In this document: piece after piece, positions 34,801-47,773 of the stretch
Position numbering within the stretch: the stretch's first letter is position 1
Layout of the letters: each line of letters starts with the position of its first letter
Assembly (NCBI GenBank): GCA_051294905.1
Contig: CM119376.1
Coordinates: 15,438,001 to 15,502,000, forward strand
Direction: 5' to 3'
Source of the DNA: Botryllus schlosseri
Taxonomy: Eukaryota
Length of the DNA stretch: 64,000 nt
Made by a program: the position numbers and the translations under genes
Notes under the pieces: model-generated
Database searches by the model: none
What the model was told of the DNA's origin: nothing
What the model saw: the letters and a program-made list of their open reading frames with translations, nothing else

Positions 34801-35782
34801 AGTACACTGTACACACATACTTTGCTAATCACAAAAGCGTGATGGATTCATACCATCGATAAAATTACATGAAAGAAAGGCATTGATGCAGTAGAATATA
34901 TCTCAGAATACAAGTTTAGTCGCTTCAACCATAGTCCATAGTCACATACAACGTAGCTACATTGTAAATTGCTATGCTACAACCATTAGGGATATTGCGG
35001 GAGAGGATCAAACGTCCAACTTCCTCGCGCATGCATGGCTGGCTCATAACCAGTAGCTTCATTGGCCAACACCAGCTGTATCCATTTTTCATTCAGAAAG
35101 AACCAGATTTATTGAAGTTACAATGATGGAAGCCGCCATGGCGTAACATGACTTTAAGAAGCTATATCTTTGGTAATTATAATAATGCATATGCCAAAGC
35201 CAATATAGCTAGGGACACCATATTTGTCCTCTTTTTTTAAGAGTATAGTAAAATGTCCTCAGGGTAGGATCTTTGTCATAGTTCTGGAAAAACTGACAAA
35301 GTGTGGAAGTATGGAAACAAAATTAAAATTACATACCATAGGCCTACCATAGTTGCACATTTCCATGTTCCACACCTAAATTTCGATCCATATCATACCA
35401 TGCCCTGACGGTAACCTGATCACTATCTAGCAAGTTACTTCAGGCAGCAGACCATGATAGCATCACAATTCAAATACGCACCTGTCGATCAGGTTACTGT
35501 TGTCTCCCAGCCACGGCATCATATGATTATTGTTATCAGCCTCAGCAGCTACAGTGCCATCAAGATGTATTTTAGACTTTCGCCCATGAACCTGAAACAT
35601 GGAATTGCAGCAGATTGGTATGGGATATATAGCATGCGAATAGAATGGGAAATTACCTGGAGAAATTTGGTTGGGTCTTGTTTAATCCGTTCATAGTATT
35701 GATGTCTTCTTTCGGAACGCTTTTTATAATCGACAATTGCTTTTCGAATTTTCCTCTCTTGACGTCTAGCTTCATGCCACAT
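28844..35782 (-). CDS. CLASRP: CLK4-associating serine/arginine-rich protein (SFRS16), ~535 aa, 10 coding exons
   Basis: Exons 35782-35657, 35591-35482, 34192-34067, 33838-33630, 32472-32195, 32124-32061, 31212-30981, 30078-29926, 29574-29403, 28981-28844 (sum 1608 nt, open). Motifs: MWHEARRQERK, IDRFDVRTHLDYIP, ERKCNFERYR, IEYITSFG, an RS domain, KLTPQQKLKIKMQRALNKQ. The 3' end is uncertain: an alternative GTAAGT donor lies at 28847. Confidence 0.92.
30690..30850 (-). mobile_element. tRNA-derived SINE (head plus conserved central domain) in CLASRP intron
   Basis: Minus strand B box GGGTTCAATCCC (30801-30812), then GGTCACCCTAAAGAC...GGTATCTGTGGCTTCCCCGCTTGGCGCTCAGCA, which resembles the recalled MetaSINE core. 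Confidence 0.7.
34492..35407. mobile_element. Old MITE in CLASRP intron 2
   Basis: Inverted ends CGGGGCATGGTATGG / CATACCATGCCCTG; no TSD recognised. Confidence 0.5.
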
Positions 35783-36515
35783 CTTCAACACAATACGATC
35801 ACCAAATGCCCACGCAAATGAATTTCCAAGCTTTCAAAACATGCTATTGCTTCAACACAGCAAAACAGTAATATAGGGTAGTTGTAAGAGTAGCCTATTT
35901 TCTATACGTGAATGCTGAACAGGAATTCCTGATTATTATGTCGGTGAGGGCGAAGGGCTACCAGCACTCCGCAACATTTCTCTGTGGATTGCGAAAATAG
36001 ATGGTGATGATGAATTTGAAATGTGACGGGTATAATTCTAGTGTTACGAAAAAGGAAGTGAACAAATTAATCAAACAATGTCTAATTATAGTTAATTGGA
36101 TATGGATTTCAACTAGTTCTCGAAGCTGTCTTGGGCGAAAATTCTACAGACAGAAAAACAAGCTGACAATTAATATTGTGACAGATAATTGTTGAATACG
36201 GCATCTGATTCCTTTCTGGAATCAGCTGTGACCAAATGTTTTAGCCAATTGGCCCAATTTAAATGCATGTGATAAGACAATTCCTGCTCAGTCAGGATTT
36301 ATATGTCCAAGAGCGCAATTTTATTCAAATAGGCAATCATACTAATAATTTAACGTAGTTAACGTTACAGGTGAAGGCAATTACACTTGCAAGAAAAAAT
36401 TTCTGAGAATGGAAAGACCGGACTCGTGATTTACGCCATATAAATTAATGTAAAGATGACGAATGCCGTTCTCGGAGTGTACTTGTACTTTGGCATGATC
36501 AAGATCACATTACAG

Positions 36516-37047
36516 CAGGGGCGGGCAACTTCTCCGGTCGACGGGCCATATATGGGAAATTGAAGTACTCTGCGGACCGGATTGCAGAATCGATACATTA
36601 ATCGCGTATTTATCCACCTACACAAGGAATAAATGTAATGCAAACTTCAAGTTTAAAGCATAGAGATCCAAAAAAGGTTTTAATGAAATTAGTACCCTAG
36701 TGAACTTCAATAGCTGTTGAATAAGGCAATCAGACATCTGCGGTGGATGAAATTTGTCAACAAGTTCTTTGAACTCTGGCTGCATTTCAAATTTAGAAAC
36801 TCTTAATAAAGACTGCACGTGAATAGTAATTATATTGGGACAGGGACTTGTCTTGTTTATGCTCATGATCGAAAATTTTGCTCACAAATGTATGTACACC
36901 CGAACAGAGCAAGTAGATTCATGACCATCTATCTCAGGTTGGCAAACTTGGATTCATTCTATGACGCATAATATTTTTAATACTTTCAGATTAGAATTCC
37001 ACTTTCAGGGTAAAAACTCTCCGCGGGCCGTATGGTGCCCGCCCCTG
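36516..37047. mobile_element. Buster-type hAT MITE
   Basis: TIR CAGGGGCGGGCA; perfect TSD CATTACAG; subterminal CGGGCC motifs. Confidence 0.9.
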
Positions 37048-39753
37048 CATTACAGCGTACATTAGTAAAATACCTCAAAACTCCCGCAAAACCTTGTGAG
37101 CTGATCGATTATGACACAATGGCTACAAGTCATCGAACCTCAACGTTGATAGCAAATACGGCGATTGCGTAAGACAATGCGAATTTCAAGGTCTGAGGGT
37201 GATTTTGGGAGTTTTCACATTTTTGCAATCAGCAAGATGCTAGCATTCAATTGAGAAAGGTTTTATTCAAGTTCCACTGTAAAATTATCCCAATACACTA
37301 CTCAATGCACTCATTATAGCGTCATTAGTCATAGCTAGACCTAGACCTAGGGCAAGTTTTCAACTTTTTTTTACAGCTTGCTCTTGCGGCAGCTCCATAA
37401 ATACTCAGAAGATATGTAGTATGGTGTTTCACGCTGTTTGGAGGAATCTTATATTGCAACTTTTCATCTTTTCTAGCAACTTTTTGCAGCTTTTTCAATT
37501 TTTCATGCAGCTTTTTGCAAGTTTTTTATTTTTCTTGCAAATTTTTGCATGTTTATTTTTGATTTTTTATGCAACAGACTTTTTACTGGAAATATTTGGC
37601 ACTGTATGTAAAACGATCGCTTGATTATTTCACTGTCGTTTCAATTTGAAATCATTTCTGATTTGACATACATTCAGGTCAGACCGGCAAAAATTACATT
37701 TCCAGTGAGCCAATTTTTTCAGGCTATTGATTTTGTGTAAGTCGCCAACTCGCCAACACCGAGTTTTGCTACAGTGCCTCGGATACATATCGGTACAAGG
37801 AACTTGGCCATAAATTTACCTTTTTAGTGAAACTTTTGTGAAAAATAAGTGCAACTTTCCACGGATTTGACTGCAACAAAAACTTCCCCGAGTCATAGCC
37901 TACCTACCGTACACCTTATCCCACCTGGAAATCGGTATAGGCTATGGTGAAATTATCACATTTTAATGGCATCCGTTAATCATCAAGGCTAAGGCACAGA
38001 ATTATATATATAAAAATAATGGTGGTTATTATTTTTAGCACAAAAGTGGTCTCCTAAACTCAACTGTTGGTGTTCACCAAGTTATTCCGGTAAAATTAAA
38101 TAATATTTTGCTCTATAGTAGACCGGTGATCACACGATAAGTAACTAAAAAATTTTAAAACCTCTTAAAGTAAAATAAAACGGAATTCACTAATAACGTG
38201 CCAAAAGTCAATAATTGATTGTAGAAAATGCAGGATCCTCGGCATTGGCCCCCACTGCTACCAGAATCGCACTCACTCACTACCGGTTGGCTTGGCTGAC
38301 GCGCCAGAATGTCACAGCTCAATGCATTCAACATTCATTGTTGAGATAAACAGCGGTCGCTTGCACAATGCAGACGCGGTGAACCAAGATTCCAGGAATC
38401 TGTTTTTATTCTGTGTTCTCCTCCACGGTGTCGTTTCTGATGAGATGTCATGTCATGTTGCCACGAAAATCGACAATGTGGAATTTCAAAAGCATGTTTT
38501 TATTCTTTTTGTCAAGTGGTGGTAACCACTGAGCTATGCAAACATGGTCGATTGGGGGCTATGATGTCATCGATTACGTTTTCGTGCGTTTACATATAGG
38601 TGCTTTAGGTACAAGGTAGGTAAGTTTGTTTGTGTTTTCTATTGTAGTGTATACTTCTTCGTGGATTCCGGACCTGCGTTAAAACACTTGGATTATTTCA
38701 TCGCCACTTACGTTCGGATAGAAACATGCCACGTGAGTAAAATTATTGACTAATCTTTAGAGATATAGGCCTGCTACCTGTGTAAAGTTACTAATACAAT
38801 ACAACCCTTATCCTTGTGAAAGTTGTGATCGTATTCATATATAATATGTATATAATGATATTAAGCAGCAGTTTTATATTAATGTTTCTGTTTGATTTAC
38901 AGATTCACCAAGTTGTTTCGACTTATTCGTGTCTTTCATGTTGTGGTGTTTTGAAATGAAAAAATATATGAAATAACCAACCACGATTTATGTGACCATA
39001 CTATCTATCTAGATAGCACCATACTATCTATCTAGATAGCCTGCGTTTTTTTTATTGCCAGATCGAATTTTTGTAATGCTTGAGATTTGACAACTCTCGA
39101 GATCACTGGACCTTGATCTGACTCTTCGCCTACCGTCACATGTGGAAACTTTTTCATCGCTTGTAGATCCTTTTTTATGCCATGTTATCTGTTACTCTCT
39201 CAGTTCTCATTTAGATTGCATGCTTATTTATTATTATCTACATCTTTTAGGCCTAGGTGGGTGTCCGATCGATATACTATTATTGTGGTATTTCGAGTCT
39301 ACTCTTGGATGCTGAGTTTAATGATGCTTGTGTGTGATAACTATAAAAATAGAGGTCTGCCATATCAGAATATTCTACTTACGGTTACGGTACTATTACT
39401 AAACCATATTAGGTCCGGGGTCCGAATCCAACACTTCAAAGGTCCGCCAATTGAATACTCCTGTTCTATACTGTCCAAAATTCTCAACATCACATCATTG
39501 ATTTTGAAATGTTCGACCCCCAATAAAAATTTTGGCCTAGGTTGCTTTTACGAAACCGTCCGAAGACTAGTTAGCCTACCATGATAGGCTAATGAATATT
39601 TCTTCAATTTCCTTAAAATCAGTTCTGTTTCCTTTGATGTCCCTTGTCTATGCTTTGATTTTGTAAATCCTCATTCAGATCAAAGATGAAACAAAACCAT
39701 GCGATGAGCACGGGTTGCAAAGAATCGGCGACATCGAATGAACTCTCTCCAAA

Positions 39754-41592
39754 ATGTATTCGAAAATAGGATTTCGTCGCTCACAAAATGTCAAGGAAGT
39801 CATCCACATACGTGCCAGTAAATTCTCCGGATATTTCAACGCCGAATGCAAGCGTTTCGCCGTCGATCCTCATGTCACTACGTTTTCAGACATTAGAGAG
39901 ATCTTAATGACTGCTTTCAACTTGGATAGCCACTTTAATCTGAGTTACCTATGCCGAGACGATAACGGGGATAACATTTATTTGTCTCTGCTCACAGAGT
40001 GGGACCTGGACGCTGCATTCATGACGTCGTCTGACCCATACCTTTGTTTGAAGGTCGAAAAGGGCATTTCAGTTAACCGAACAATACCGACGAGTGACGT
40101 GGTGCGAAATGCCTCGGAATCCATGTTCGGTTCGACTGCCTTTCAGGTGCCAAAAGGCTGGTCGGAATTGGCAGAAAATGCGTTGGCCAAAATCACAGGG
40201 ACAATCACACAAAGCCTCTCACCGACCCATCAGGGTAACTTATTTTTTCCAAAAAACGAGCCGTTAGGCGATTGCGAACTCCATGACTATCTTGATAAAC
40301 GAGGTGTCTTGGTAAAGCCGGAAGACCTTCGACTACGTATTTACTATGGCGGAGTACAGCCGTCTCAGAGGAAAGTAGTTTGGAGGATTTTGTTAAATAT
40401 ATTTCCATCCACGCTAACAGCGGAGCAACGGGTCGGTTACATGAAAAAGAAGACGAAGGAATATCATTCCTTGTACACGCAATGGAAATCTCTAAGAAAT
40501 AACGACTATGTTGAGGACGTGAATAAAATGATATGGAAAGATGTGCTAAGGACCGACAGGTCCCATCCGTACTTTTCAGGCGCCGACGACAATCCGCATT
40601 TAATCTCATTGCACAATCTATTGCTAACTTACGCACTGACGCATGAAACTGTTAGGTATTGCCAAGGCATGAGCGATATAGCCGCCCCCATTTTAGTTGT
40701 GATGAACAACGAACCGCACGCTTACGTATGTTTTTGTGGGCTAATGGAGAGGCTGGAAACAAATTTTCACCCAGACGGCGAAGTGATGTCGAAAAAATTC
40801 GAACACCTTGCGTTACTGTTGAAACATCACGACCGTGAATATTTCGAATATCTCGAAAGTTTATCGGCCAATAATATGTACTTTTGCTACCGTTGGTTGC
40901 TACTTGAAATGAAACGGGAATTTGACTTTAACGACGCCCTGGTGGTGCTCGAAGTAATGTGGAGTTCCCTCCCCCCAAAGCCCCCCAAAAAGGAACTGAT
41001 GTTAGGCACCTTGTCTTTGAAGAAAGGTCATGGTGTGGACCGTGTAAAACGCTTGACTAGCGATAAAAAGCGTAATTCCATACCGGACTTGACTTTGAGC
41101 GTCAAAAACCTGCCGAAAACGACTCGGGCCGGCGCGTCGTCCGGCAGTCTGAAAAATCTCGACAAAATCCCAACGACGACGCGAGATGAAAATTCCGCGC
41201 CGCGCGAAAAGAAGCCGCCCAAGAAGCGGTTCCATTTTCGACAAAAAAAAGGTTACGCGCCCCTGCAGACCAGCGACATGTACGCAGAAGACAAAGACGC
41301 GTACATAATGGCTCGCGGGAATATCATTTCGCGGAGAAGCGACGAAGGAAATTCGAGTCTTCCGGCGCCGGAAGATTTGGGATGCGGCAACCCTTTCTTG
41401 TTGTTCGTGTGCTTGGCGGTGCTTCTCGAAGAGCGCGAGGAGATCGTCGAGCGAAAGGTGGAATACGCAGACCTGGTGATGCACTTTGATAAAATGATTC
41501 GCAGGCTGTCGCCGGACAAAGTCTTGTCGAAGGCGATGCAGCTTTTTGCCGGTTATCTCCGTACGCACTCTAAACTATCGTCTGCCTCTTGA
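39754..41592 (+). CDS. TBC1D25: TBC1 domain family member 25 (OATL1, Rab-GAP), 612 aa, intronless CDS
   Basis: N-terminal RFAVDPHVT...YLSLLTEWDLDAAF block typical of TBC1D25. TBC catalytic fingers KDVLRTDR and YCQGMSD are intact; FCYRWLLLEMKREF and GNPFLLFVCLAVL are present. Confidence 0.93.
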   Translation: MYSKIGFRRSQNVKEVIHIRASKFSGYFNAECKRFAVDPHVTTFSDIREILMTAFNLDSHFNLSYLCRDDNGDNIYLSLLTEWDLDAAFMTSSDPYLCLKVEKGISVNRTIPTSDVVRNASESMFGSTAFQVPKGWSELAENALAKITGTITQSLSPTHQGNLFFPKNEPLGDCELHDYLDKRGVLVKPEDLRLRIYYGGVQPSQRKVVWRILLNIFPSTLTAEQRVGYMKKKTKEYHSLYTQWKSLRNNDYVEDVNKMIWKDVLRTDRSHPYFSGADDNPHLISLHNLLLTYALTHETVRYCQGMSDIAAPILVVMNNEPHAYVCFCGLMERLETNFHPDGEVMSKKFEHLALLLKHHDREYFEYLESLSANNMYFCYRWLLLEMKREFDFNDALVVLEVMWSSLPPKPPKKELMLGTLSLKKGHGVDRVKRLTSDKKRNSIPDLTLSVKNLPKTTRAGASSGSLKNLDKIPTTTRDENSAPREKKPPKKRFHFRQKKGYAPLQTSDMYAEDKDAYIMARGNIISRRSDEGNSSLPAPEDLGCGNPFLLFVCLAVLLEEREEIVERKVEYADLVMHFDKMIRRLSPDKVLSKAMQLFAGYLRTHSKLSSAS

Positions 41593-43718
41593 CTTCGACA
41601 CCTGCCAATCCTCTCTTCACGCGGCAATGTATGTGTCGGCACGATCGGGCTCAAGTGCAATTCAAAACTGTTTTTTTTTCTCTATCTCTCGACACAAACT
41701 TTGTGACTTACTAGTACTACGTTGATTTGCACATGTTTTTGGGTGTAGACGTTCAAGCTCTGCTTCTTCAATCGATCAGTGTACGGTGTAATTTGATGAA
41801 ATAGCGAATAATTGTGTTGAAAAATATATTATATTTTAGAAGGAATGAGAATTTGTTGCCTTATGATTCATTTCAATTTAGTTTTATACTCTGCGGTACT
41901 GAAAAGTTTAATAACGGAACCAAGCGTGGATTTGGATCAGAAAATATACTGTCAACATTTTAGGCCAGCGGTTCTCAACCGGGGGTCCACGAAACTGGAC
42001 AAATTACGCTGCAGTTCCGCTTCATTACTGCTACAACTTTATCAACAGAATGACCCTATAAGATGAAATAGCCTGATGTGCAAACTCATTTTAATAGTCA
42101 AATTCCCAATAGCCTACTGCTACAAACATATTTCTGTTTAGAGATGATTTGCTGGGTAGGAATGGTAGGGTCAATCACCGTGACTTCAGATGTTTGCAAA
42201 GTTCCATTTCTTCCTGTCATATACATAACCACTATATTCCAGAACAACTTCGAGATGAGCTGCTAGACAGCAATGACTAGGTTGGACGTTATATGTTCAA
42301 TAAAAAATCTGTGTCTCAATTTAAGCAGCATATATGCTGCGATTATACCCAAAGGGATCGTCTGAAGCGTTGCCCGTTATTATACCCCAAAGCAAAGGCG
42401 TAGCCAGAAAAAATATTTGGGGGGGGTGGCGAAAAATTCGATGACGTAAAAGAACCCCCCCTTGAAGATAAGAAAAAAATAGGTGAAAAAACGATGGTCT
42501 TGGGCCCTTATATGATGATTACCACAACATTTGGGGCGATCGTTACACATATATTCCACTCACAGATATAAAGTGATGTTATAATAATATGATTGTGGAA
42601 AACTCGGGCGCCAACACTTTCGCGCCAAGCGCGCAGATTTTGCAAGGTTAATGAATAAAATTGGTTCATTATATTGTTACTTGCATATTGCAAATACGTT
42701 TTCATTATCAGATTTACCGGTAAGGCTGATAGAAATGGTGTCATCGAGTATTCAGGGGCCCTCAATTATGCAACTGGAACATGTATGTTCATTGTTCATG
42801 CTCATACAGGGCCGTAACAGCACTGCGTCAGCCCCCCCCCCCCAAACGTTGGTCTCGGGCCCCCATATGACGATAAGCCGAACTTCTGGGGGGCTTCGCC
42901 CCCCTCATGCTATCCGCTGTTTACCGCAACTTGGTCATCTAGATTTGGGACCGTTCTCTGAGGCAGCTTATCTCGCCAAGTCGCCAATTTCTATAATTCT
43001 TGATTGAATCGGTCAATATGATCGGGAATTGCATATATATTGCTATCAATTTTTATTCTCTCTCTGCTCACGTAATCAGATTTACAAGTACAACTGAGTG
43101 ATGTGTCTTGGAAACTGTACGGCCCGATGGTATGACTCCGTAACATGATGTTATTTCGTGACCTCCTGTCTGCTATATCAGAAAATATAGAATCGCCCAA
43201 ACGTAGGCTACTAAACTAAAAGAAGCACACGATTTCAAATTGGTATTTCTTCACTGCATATAAATTTTCTCTGCGCGATGGTATTTGTCTTGTGAGGTTC
43301 AGATTGCCAAGACAGGAACATTCGGCGCCAGTCATTTAGGCGCCTGTGAACAATTAAATCCTATATGTATTTTGTATATATAACGAAGTTTTCGGTCAGC
43401 ATAAGGGCAGTACTTTTCGGCCAAGGTTTTCTCGCTGCCGATCGTTCTGGTACACTTTTTGGAGTCGCATGTTACATGGCCTAAAACTTTATATGTCTTG
43501 CTAAGTCGTGGCGCTGTTATGGACAAGGCCGAAATGCCCATTTCTATAAATGTTGCGTATTTTTTCTTGGAGGGAAAAGTACCCCAAAATCAAGATGTTT
43601 GGCAACTTGAAATCGCGTATAGCGCGAAAATTTTTTGAAAAAGTTGCATAAATTTTCAAAAAAATACTCTATAATATATGTTAATTTACGAAACAATTTT
43701 CCCCGTGGTCTCAAGCTC

Positions 43719-44990
43719 CAGTGGCGGCTCGTCCTATAGGGCAACTGGGGCATTGCCCCACCTAAAATCCTGTTCAATAACAATTCTTTACCATTTACAG
43801 ACGCACACCAATCTATGTATACCGACATCACAGCGAAAATCGTATTCTTCTTGTGCTTTCGCTTGTAAATGTCCATATATAGCGAAGTCTGCGAAAATCG
43901 AATTCTCTTCTGTGTTTTCGCTTTGCGAATGCCTAGCCGGGGCATGCCCCGGTAGCGCTCATAACAAGCTTTCACTGTCTATTCTCTCCAAGCCGCGCAC
44001 AATAAAGAAACGGTGATTTACTCTCTCCTATTCATAAAATTACCGAGCAACCGGGGCAAAATAGCTCTGTGCCCCTAAGGTGTGATGTAACAATCGTATC
44101 TATAGCTGAACTCGGTTACCGTCATATGCGTTTAGTCGACCTTTGCTGGTATAGGTTGATTTTGATGGTGTTTCACACCATGAAAACTCTTGAAACTTGG
44201 TATGTCATGTCGTGATGGTGGTATTTAACACTGCCCCGAGTTTCAGGGTTTCTACTTAAAGTTTAGGGTAGTAATTCCGTTTCCGAAGTTGAGTGTGTGC
44301 TGATCCGTCATGTATCGCAAACAGATTTTACTCAAAAGCCGGTATTGGTATCCATTGATTTTGACGATGTTCAATACTGAGATCGGCTATGACATTTGGC
44401 ACAGTAAGTCTTAATGTTAGTATCGAACGCTGTACCAAGTTTTAAGTTTGTCACTGAACTGTGTTAGTGGTAATTTCGTTTCCTGATTCGAGTGAGAGCT
44501 GACTCGCCATTTATCGCCAACAGATTATACGCAAAGCCGGTATTGGTCTCTATTGATTTTAACGATGCTCCTTACCTAGATCCGTCATAAGCTTTTGCAC
44601 GGTATGTCTTGATTTTAGTATCGAACGCTGTGCAAGTCTCAAGGTTGACACTCAACGATTAGGGCAGTAATTTCGTTATCAAGGTCGAGTATGGTGGAGA
44701 TGTGCTCCGATCTGACACTTTAGCCTACAACGCGGTATTGCGGATTTCACGCAAAAGCCGGCGTATCTGCGGCAACGTTAACTGAGATGATGATATCATT
44801 CTCAGTTTGCATTCAAATATTTACTTTGATATTATATTCTCCGATGTCAATTTCACCGTGAAATTGTGGCCTTCAAGCCATTTGCTTACAACCCCCTGTC
44901 AAGCGCGATAGCTATTTCGTTTTCGATGGCGGCTAACAGCTGATCACTTGATCAGCCTATTCCTCAGTAAATTTTACGCAAAATTCGGTG
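43719..44990 (+). mobile_element. Family D element (CAGTGGCGGCTCGT start) with internal ~180-bp subrepeats, copy 1
   Basis: Matches the reverse complement of segments 52562-51890, 50215-49960 and 49378-49105. Confidence 0.8.
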
Positions 44991-45004
44991 TTGGTCTGTT
45001 CGCA

Positions 45005-45300
45005 TTAATTTTGACAGTGTACCATACCGAAAAGGGCCATGAGGCCACTTCTCGATGATGTCATGTAACAGTGTACTAAGTTTACGGCTTTCATCCACGT
45101 ATTTATTCGGTAATCTATTTTCCAAAGGCGATTTCGCAGCAGACCTATAGACACTAGACAGTAATAAAGCCGTATGTGTCGTGTTACAGTCTCCAGTTTC
45201 AAGGCCAAAATCTCCTATGCTGTACCGAGACCGAATTTCCTAAGCTGCTATTCTTAGTTCTTCAGAATGATGTTTTGGATTCCATATGACAGGCCCAATC
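45005..45300 (-). mobile_element. Possible decayed CR1/L2-like LINE ORF2 C-terminal fragment
   Basis: Minus frames give GPVIWNP and LALKLETVTRHIRLYYCL, which loosely resemble the VWxP and LxLxTLxxRR motifs. Confidence 0.25.
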
Positions 45301-46768
45301 TATGAGATAACAATTGCGTATCTGTCCGAACTCGTTGACCTTTCCAATTAGGCTTACGCAATCTCTCGAGTTATAGTCATTTCTATTTCTGCAGATAATT
45401 AGTCAGGTCTAGTGCGAACATGAACCGTGTTGAATCTTTGTTCCGTACGCCGTTTACGCGGTTACCACACTTCAAGTCACAGCTCACCGGCGCACCTCTC
45501 ATGGCACATACGTTAAAATCACTGTTGCCGGGAAATTCATGTTACCGTACCATCATTAAGTTACGTGTTTACGTTGGAAAACGCCATTGCGACGTCATCT
45601 TGATAAAAAGTCGCTTGCAGCCCTTGCCCCACCACCCGATATTGTCACGAGCCGCCACTGTCAAGCTCACCCCCCCAATTGGGGGATTTGGGGTGCGGCC
45701 ATGCGGTCCTGCACACGGCATGACCGTTTATGAGTTGCTAGAAGGTATGCGCCGGGCGGGACAGTTTTCATTTATTGCTGTAGTTACTTCATGACTTGCG
45801 GAGAAAGCTGTCACCACTCAAAAGATCGCCCACACTCAAGGTCGGAGCCAGAAAAACATTTTTTGTGGGGGAGGGGGGACACTTCATGGGATCGTACATC
45901 CTTCCATGGGCAATTTCATCACTACCCATTATACATGCGATTCCTAGACGCACACACACACCCTATGGAAGCTTCCAGTTCCAAGTATAGCTTGTATTAG
46001 GAGATCGATTGACGGACGAGCCCAAATCGCTGACATTAGGTGATGAAAAATCAATGTGAATTTCGAGCCTAGTCGCGTGGAGCGCAAAATTGTTTTGAAT
46101 AAATGAATGAATTTGATCAATAATATCGGTGCATGTATATGAGCAAGCAGGTGTCCATTCTGAATAATTACTTAGTTGAAGCAGGGTTGTTTATTAACCT
46201 CTGGTAAAGATTGACGCATACTTTAAAGATGGGAATCGCTGATAGGCCTACATATCAGACTAAATTTAAAAAATCCTTGGATCAAACTCGTGCGATTTCA
46301 AATTGGCACTTTTTAACAACGGAAGGTGGCGATATTTTCCTGTGCCGTATTTATGTCTTCGTCTGTCCCGGAACGGAAATTGCCGGAACTAATAGTCCCC
46401 CCATACTGAACTGAAACCCCTAGACTCAATCAACCCAACGACCTCGGGCTATTCAAGTGTAGGCTATCTACTGGTACTGTTGTATTCTCATAATTGAAAA
46501 TGCAGCTAAACTGAATTATGATTATTTTCGGATTTTTTTCGGTAAACCGGTAAAATGAAGACATCTATGGACTCTAAATCGCGCGAAGAAAATTTGTAGG
46601 TTGCGTTCATCTGCCCCACAATACTGTAATATTTATTGATTTTACGAAAATTTTCCAGAAATTTGGGGGGGGGGGGCGATCGCCCCTTTCGCCCCTCCCT
46701 GGCTACGCCAATGCCCCAAAGGGGTCGTCTGAAGCGTTGCCCGTTATTATACCAATCGTCACCACCTA

Positions 46769-47101
46769 CAGGGTTACCATACGTCATCCTTCCTCCTTTT
46801 TAGAATTTTTGAAAATGTCCGAGGAAGCCGAAATGTTCTCCTTTTTGAGATTTTGTTCTCTTTTCCGAGAATTTTGGTCACATTTACGTCCAAATTCGGC
46901 TGAGATACCCTGAAACAGCACCGAAGTGACGCTCCGGCGGGTATTTCCGGAGCTGAGCCGAAGAGTTGGCCTTTTTTTTAGTCAACCGACCTCGGAATGG
47001 GAAAAATTAACCATTTTTGAAGGATTTCCCTCCGATAGTTTCAAAATTTTGAAAAAGTGTCCTCCGTCCTCCTTTACCGATTCCGAAATATGGTAACCCT
47101 A
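46769..47101. mobile_element. hAT MITE (AGGGTTACCAT TIR)
   Basis: CAGGGTTACCATA ... TATGGTAACCCTA; flanks ACCACCTA/ACCACTAG (imperfect TSD); TCCTCC/GGAGGA subterminal motifs. Confidence 0.7.
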
Positions 47102-47324
47102 ACCACTAGGGATGGTGTGAACCTCTGAAAGGTGAAAGGTGCATGCGGCCCGCGAAACGCCTGTTGTAAACCCCTGCTATAATTAATATTCGCAAACCAC
47201 AGATGATGGTTGCACAATAATTGAGCGTAATGTGAACTAAAACCGGGGGGGGGAGGGGGGTTCACGGGTGTCTTTGACGGTCCAAAAGAGGTCCGCGAAT
47301 GTAAAAGGGTTAAGAACCACTGTT

Positions 47325-47773
47325 TTAGACGAATTCCGTTCGGATTTTGATTTTTTGAAGCTGGACTTGGACATGGAATTCCTATGCAGATCCTAATCAA
47401 TTCGATTTTTATCAGAATGAGAGACTTGGATTTGAAAATGTTGAATTCATACGTATCTTTGCTATCCAGCACTGATACAGTGATGCAGACCATAAGCTCG
47501 CGCTACACCAATAAAAAATCCCCTATGCCCCGCATTCTGCTCACATGTGGTGCTGACTCCGGGACGAGGGCATTTTATATTGTTAATCCCGTTTCAGATT
47601 CGATATCCAAATTCAGAAATCATTTCCTCGTCGGGTAATAAAGTCACATGTAAATCATAATAATTTATTAAAAATTGTATGGCCAAATTTAACTGGAACA
47701 AAATCGTAATTCCGTATCCGGCCAAAATCTTCATATCTGTTGTTTCGAAATTCATGCCCAATGCCCATCTCTG
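47325..47773. mobile_element. Degenerate CAGAGATGGGC-family MITE
   Basis: Ends ATGCCCATCTCTG, like 25417-25702; preceded by another hAT end (GGTTAAGAACCACTG). Confidence 0.55.

Larger units (their letters stand above)
42393..46713. mobile_element. 4.3-kb composite hAT element carrying nested repeats
   Basis: TIRs CAAAGGCGTAGCCAG / CTGGCTACGCCAATG; perfect TSD CCCCAAAG (42385-42392, 46714-46721). Confidence 0.82.

Noticed and set aside
40205-41568. Minus-strand ORFs of 143 and 188 aa
   Set aside because: Antisense shadows within the GC-richer TBC1D25 CDS, with no recognisable domains.
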